Shown piece by piece: positions 22,926-26,409 of a DNA stretch of 26,409 nucleotides; the first letter of the stretch is position 1, and every line of letters starts with the position of its first letter. Source of the stretch: Mogibacterium sp. (GTDB lineage: Bacteria > Bacillota > Clostridia > Peptostreptococcales > Anaerovoracaceae); the NCBI GenBank assembly GCA_021442505.1, contig JABUTC010000001.1, positions 1 through 26,409 of the forward strand. The letters run 5' to 3'. The notes beneath the pieces are model-generated. The model did no database searches. It was given only the letters and a program-made list of their open reading frames with translations, and had not been told where the DNA came from. A program made the translations under genes and the position numbers.

Positions 22926-24257
22926 TTATCCATCTTCATAGTACGGCGTTACGGCTGGGTCATTCATATTCACATCTAAATATGACTGTCCAGTTCCTTG
23001 ATCCATTGGCGGAACAGGTGGAGCATTAGGATCTATTCCCATAGTATCTGTAGGATATAGATTCTTATTGCTTAACTCTTCCGCTATTGGTGCATCAGAA
23101 ACAGGATAACCAAGTTCATCTCTGAATACATTCGACTCAACAATAGCATTACGTGTAAATGAATCTGCTATAGCGGCCATTTCGGTAACAGGAACAAACT
23201 TCAATGGATCTAAGAAGTATCCAATAGCTTGCCCTTGCGTTCTAGCAGTCTTAGTAATCCATTTTCTGGACATTTCGACTACTATCGCATTTAGTATTGG
23301 CGAAATAGTACGCTTATAGTAGTTATTCATAACTACAGCATCTGCAGTCCCTTTGAAAACGTCTTCCGTTAACCCTAACTGGTTGTATAACATGCTCGTT
23401 AGGTACTCAATTTGCGCTAGAAGATTATTTTCAGCAGGTCTGTTCAACTGCGTTACACGTTCTGTGCCATCAATATATGCAATTCCGTATTTTGACTCAA
23501 ATAATTGTTTTTCAATGTCTTCTTTTCTCTTAAAAGCTTGATCTCGCTTCTTATCTGTCTTAATTGTGTATGGTAACTGAATCAAAAGATCTAATTTACC
23601 AGAACTGCTTTGCTTATCTATAGCATCCAAATAAGCTAGCTTACGAATAAGCCTTTGAAGAGTAGAATTTGGTTGATTCATAACCGCATATAGAGGATTT
23701 TCTATTATAGCGCATAGCTTCTTCGGAACCGTTATCTCCTTTCGGTCTTGTAAAGCTTGGTTAAATAGATCTACCTTAATATGCTCTGGATACCAATCAA
23801 CTATCTTTGCTACTCGTAGAGATAGAATATCAAACGATCCTTTATACGGATTAGAATCGTAATCTACAGGAACAACGGCTACGGATCCTTCTTGAAACAT
23901 CGATAATACAATATCTGTAACCAACGCACTACCTATTTGATCGATATTAGCCTCATAATTTAGACAATCATTCAAAGAGCTATTTATTTCATATTTAAAA
24001 CGATGTTGTTCATCTCTCATCTCATGTCTAAGTCTAACTTCAGAAACATCCATAGCTATTTTATTATATAATCCAGCTACGATGGTTCTTTCGTTATCAA
24101 ACCTTAGCCTAACACGATCAGGTCTAGTAGAATTTGCAGGACCATAGTTTTCCCAATGTTCTGATGTAACATTGACGTTCTTTATATCCGTCGGATCCTT
24201 ATTAGCGGAAAAGATATTCCACTCATGTTTATAGCGGGTCCAAAAAGATGTCGCCAT
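22926..24257 (-). CDS. Portal protein, HK97 family (443 aa)
   Basis: SD AAAGGAGGT; LNDCLNYEANIDQ, GKLDLLIQLPY, YIDGTERVTQLNR, YYKRTISPI, NAIVESNVFRDELG; position before the protease/capsid gene. Confidence 0.93.
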   Translation of the reverse strand: MATSFWTRYKHEWNIFSANKDPTDIKNVNVTSEHWENYGPANSTRPDRVRLRFDNERTIVAGLYNKIAMDVSEVRLRHEMRDEQHRFKYEINSSLNDCLNYEANIDQIGSALVTDIVLSMFQEGSVAVVPVDYDSNPYKGSFDILSLRVAKIVDWYPEHIKVDLFNQALQDRKEITVPKKLCAIIENPLYAVMNQPNSTLQRLIRKLAYLDAIDKQSSSGKLDLLIQLPYTIKTDKKRDQAFKRKEDIEKQLFESKYGIAYIDGTERVTQLNRPAENNLLAQIEYLTSMLYNQLGLTEDVFKGTADAVVMNNYYKRTISPILNAIVVEMSRKWITKTARTQGQAIGYFLDPLKFVPVTEMAAIADSFTRNAIVESNVFRDELGYPVSDAPIAEELSNKNLYPTDTMGIDPNAPPVPPMDQGTGQSYLDVNMNDPAVTPYYEDG

Positions 24258-24258
24258 T

Positions 24259-25179
24259 CTACCTCCTTTGCCTTACATATTTAGCTTCTTCTTTTAAAGT
24301 ATTATCGTAGATATTAGAAGTTAGCTTTCCAGCCTTCTTAATATCTCTATGTTTACCTATAGCAGATCCAACCTCAGATAAAGCAGCCGTTTTAAGCAAA
24401 GATCTAATAGCTCCTTGCCCTCTAGCTCTATATGTCATATATGCTTTCGTCTGGAATGGATGCCCCATCAAAGAAGCTACTAATTTAACAGTTCTTCCAC
24501 GAGAATTCGCTTGTCTTTGCATTCCTTGATCTATTTCTGAAGATTTATCTGCTTTAGCCATCTCAACTAAAGCTTTTTTGGTCTTACCTTTGGAATATGC
24601 TCTTTCAGCTTTCTTAGTGTGCCTTTTTGTAGACCAAGATCTATAGTTATATGGCTGATTCTTTTTACGGGCTCGTCTAATGCCCCATCGCATCCCAGCG
24701 ATCCCGTAGTGAGCTAAAAAATAACCATCTCCATCGATAGATGAATGCTTTGCCGCATTAGACGCTGAAGATTTTATCTTCTTAGAACTCTTATAAATCG
24801 TTTGAGCATCTTTGTAGTCTTGTTGAAGCGTCTTATCTAAAGACATATTAACTACTTTGCTAGATCCAATCTTTACCGCTTTCTTAAACACAGAATCTTT
24901 GTCATTAAACAATGTATTTGTTATAAACTTCTTAACTTGGTAGCCAGGTTTGGACTTAGAGTACAATTCTTTAAATCTTTGCTCCCTTTCTAACCTATTT
25001 ATTCTGTGATCTAAGGCTTTATCGGACATCCCTCTTAAATTCTTTTTAGTAAACTTAAGATCTGCATTACGCTTCTGCTTATTAGCATCTAAACGAGCTT
25101 GTTGTGAAGACTTTTTTCGTCTAACACCCCATTTTTGGCCTCGTATGCCATAATGGACGAGTACATCTGCATCATACAT
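24259..25179 (-). CDS. Highly basic head-module protein (306 aa) with two HYGxxGxxWGxRR motifs; putative internal virion or DNA-binding protein
   Basis: SD GGAGG 9 nt before ATG; LVHYGIRGQKWGVRR (aa 7-21) and LAHYGIAGMRWGIRR (aa 155-169); manual count about 73 K/R versus about 26 D/E. Confidence 0.7.
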   Translation of the reverse strand: MYDADVLVHYGIRGQKWGVRRKKSSQQARLDANKQKRNADLKFTKKNLRGMSDKALDHRINRLEREQRFKELYSKSKPGYQVKKFITNTLFNDKDSVFKKAVKIGSSKVVNMSLDKTLQQDYKDAQTIYKSSKKIKSSASNAAKHSSIDGDGYFLAHYGIAGMRWGIRRARKKNQPYNYRSWSTKRHTKKAERAYSKGKTKKALVEMAKADKSSEIDQGMQRQANSRGRTVKLVASLMGHPFQTKAYMTYRARGQGAIRSLLKTAALSEVGSAIGKHRDIKKAGKLTSNIYDNTLKEEAKYVRQRR

Positions 25180-25522
25180 TTTCTTCAGCCTCCGCTTCTG
25201 CTATTTCGTTTAATCTCCATTCAAGCTCGTCCGCATTCTTCTTGAATGACTCATTGACAAAGGAACTAGTTGGTGGATCGAATAAAAGTCTTACTCTCAA
25301 ATACATATAACTTTTTATTAATGCTAAAACATCAATGTTGTCTATGTACTCTGACCACGTTTTAGTCTTATCAGATATTGTAAAACCTTTTTCTCCTACG
25401 CCAAGCTCATTAAGAATACTAAATACAGTATTTATATGCATAATTATATCGACGTCGAAGTTAGTATCTTCTTCAGCGATACCTAAAACTTTTTTAATCG
25501 AAGTTAAGATACTCTCATTCAT
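25172..25522 (-). CDS. Head-tail connector (HK97 gp6/SPP1 gp15-like, 116 aa)
   Basis: SD AAGGAGG; SILTSIKKVLGI..FDVDIIMHIN, YMYLRVRLLFDPP..ELEWRLN helical connector pattern. Confidence 0.8.
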   Translation of the reverse strand: MNESILTSIKKVLGIAEEDTNFDVDIIMHINTVFSILNELGVGEKGFTISDKTKTWSEYIDNIDVLALIKSYMYLRVRLLFDPPTSSFVNESFKKNADELEWRLNEIAEAEAEENV

Positions 25523-26409
25523 TCGAAATCCTCCTTATGCAACTTATATGCTACGTAAGCGTCCATTAACGCTGCTACGTTATCTATCTTATCACTGTAT
25601 CTCTTCTTATAAAGCTTGCGATTGCCATTATTATCTTCTAAAGTAATACAATTCCCCATTGTATAAGACATTATCTCTTGGTCAAAGCATAACATCTTTT
25701 CTTCTGCTAGTTTTTTAAGTTCGCCAAGTGGAACCGATTCTGTTCGTACTCCTTGCTTTACTTTTTCGATTCCAAAAGGTCCATTCTCTTGTTCCCATCT
25801 ATCCATAAACTGCTTAGCATTATACGGATCATAACCAACAGAGCAAACATTATAATCATACTTAACTATGTGTTCGTCAAGATCTTCATAAATCTCATCG
25901 AGATCTAAAACAGATCCATCCATAACCCTTAACGATCCTTCCGCTAAGAATTCTTCATACTTTTGTCTTGCTGCTAAAGTTAATTTCTTAAACGTAAGTT
26001 CTGAAATGTAACTTATGGCTTTAATGCCATACGATCCGTCGTATAGTGGAAACATAAATGTAAATGCACAAAAGTCGTCTCCTTGAGAAAGGTCAATTCC
26101 AAGTGAACAATCCATTCCCCAATATTCTTTTGGACTATGTGGAAGCGTTTCATCATACGTAAAGAAATATGTATAACCTTCTGTTGGTATACCAAATCTT
26201 TTAGCTAACATTTCGTTTCGATAAGATGGAACTGCTTCAGCTCTTTCAACTTCTGCTTGATATGTCTCAAAAGAAACGGTTTTTCCAATGTTAGGCTGAG
26301 CTTTCTCCCACAAAGATGGATCTGCGACTTCAGAAACATCATCTAAACGATAATGAAAGATAGATACATGTGGATTAATGTAATCTCCTTTAAGAATATC
26401 CATCAATTC
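25519..26409 (-). CDS. terL: Terminase large subunit, C-terminal nuclease part (5' end lies beyond the window)
   Basis: Frame open to the window edge; WEKAQPNIG, LGIDLSQGDDFCAF (RNase H-like catalytic Asp), VGYDPYNA, KIDNVAALMDA. Confidence 0.93.
   Translation of the reverse strand, partial: ELMDILKGDYINPHVSIFHYRLDDVSEVADPSLWEKAQPNIGKTVSFETYQAEVERAEAVPSYRNEMLAKRFGIPTEGYTYFFTYDETLPHSPKEYWGMDCSLGIDLSQGDDFCAFTFMFPLYDGSYGIKAISYISELTFKKLTLAARQKYEEFLAEGSLRVMDGSVLDLDEIYEDLDEHIVKYDYNVCSVGYDPYNAKQFMDRWEQENGPFGIEKVKQGVRTESVPLGELKKLAEEKMLCFDQEIMSYTMGNCITLEDNNGNRKLYKKRYSDKIDNVAALMDAYVAYKLHKEDFE

Larger units (their letters stand above)
1..26409 (-). mobile_element. Siphovirus or prophage virion morphogenesis operon (packaging, head, tail and adsorption modules), incomplete at both ends
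   Basis: 20 contiguous co-oriented ORFs with overlapping or closely spaced stop/start codons and SD sites; recognisable terminase, portal, protease-capsid, major tail and tape measure proteins. No integrase or att site in the window, so free phage versus prophage cannot be decided. Confidence 0.97.

Noticed and set aside
12-25522. Stop-codon reassignment (genetic code 15 or 4), as in some gut phages
   Set aside because: All genes are intact under code 11; TAG and TGA both end genes that are followed directly by SD-led starts.
1-26409. tRNA, rRNA, ncRNA, CRISPR array, IS element, intron or intein
   Set aside because: Coding density is near 100%, no regularly spaced repeats, and core genes show no obvious insertion or homing-endonuclease motif.
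1-26409. Apparent abundance of GATC, AGATCT and AAGCTT palindromes
   Set aside because: Partial manual counts were only modestly above composition-based expectation; a Markov-model k-mer test is needed before any claim.

Overview
The whole window is one tightly packed, minus-strand morphogenesis operon of a low-GC (roughly 35-40% by eye) long-tailed siphovirus or prophage. Read right to left it encodes: terminase large subunit (C-terminal part, open at the window edge), head-tail connector, a very basic protein with two HYGxxGxxWGxRR motifs, HK97-type portal, a protease-scaffold-major capsid fusion, head-closure protein, tail terminator, major tail protein, two tail-assembly chaperones, an HK97 gp10-like protein, a 1894-aa tape measure protein, an Fn3/Dit-like protein, a Tal/hub protein with an LRR extension, and six accessory tail or adhesin genes built from recurring small modules (InlB B-repeat, BspA/DUF285-like LRRs, a xWGA cap, beta-helix). 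Strong AGGAGG Shine-Dalgarno sites and the domain repertoire suggest a Bacillota-like gut or rumen host (inference). There is no integrase, lysis, replication, RNA gene or CRISPR feature and no intergenic gap longer than about 35 nt. The most interesting signals are: (i) all five histidines in the capsid-precursor linker sit in L/M-x-H, the same motif that opens both HYG repeats, suggesting a prohead-protease cleavage code and capsid-packaged cargo; (ii) a perfect internal RBS that could produce capsid protein independently of the protease; (iii) a combinatorial LRR adhesin cluster. All family assignments come from motif recognition by eye, not database searches.
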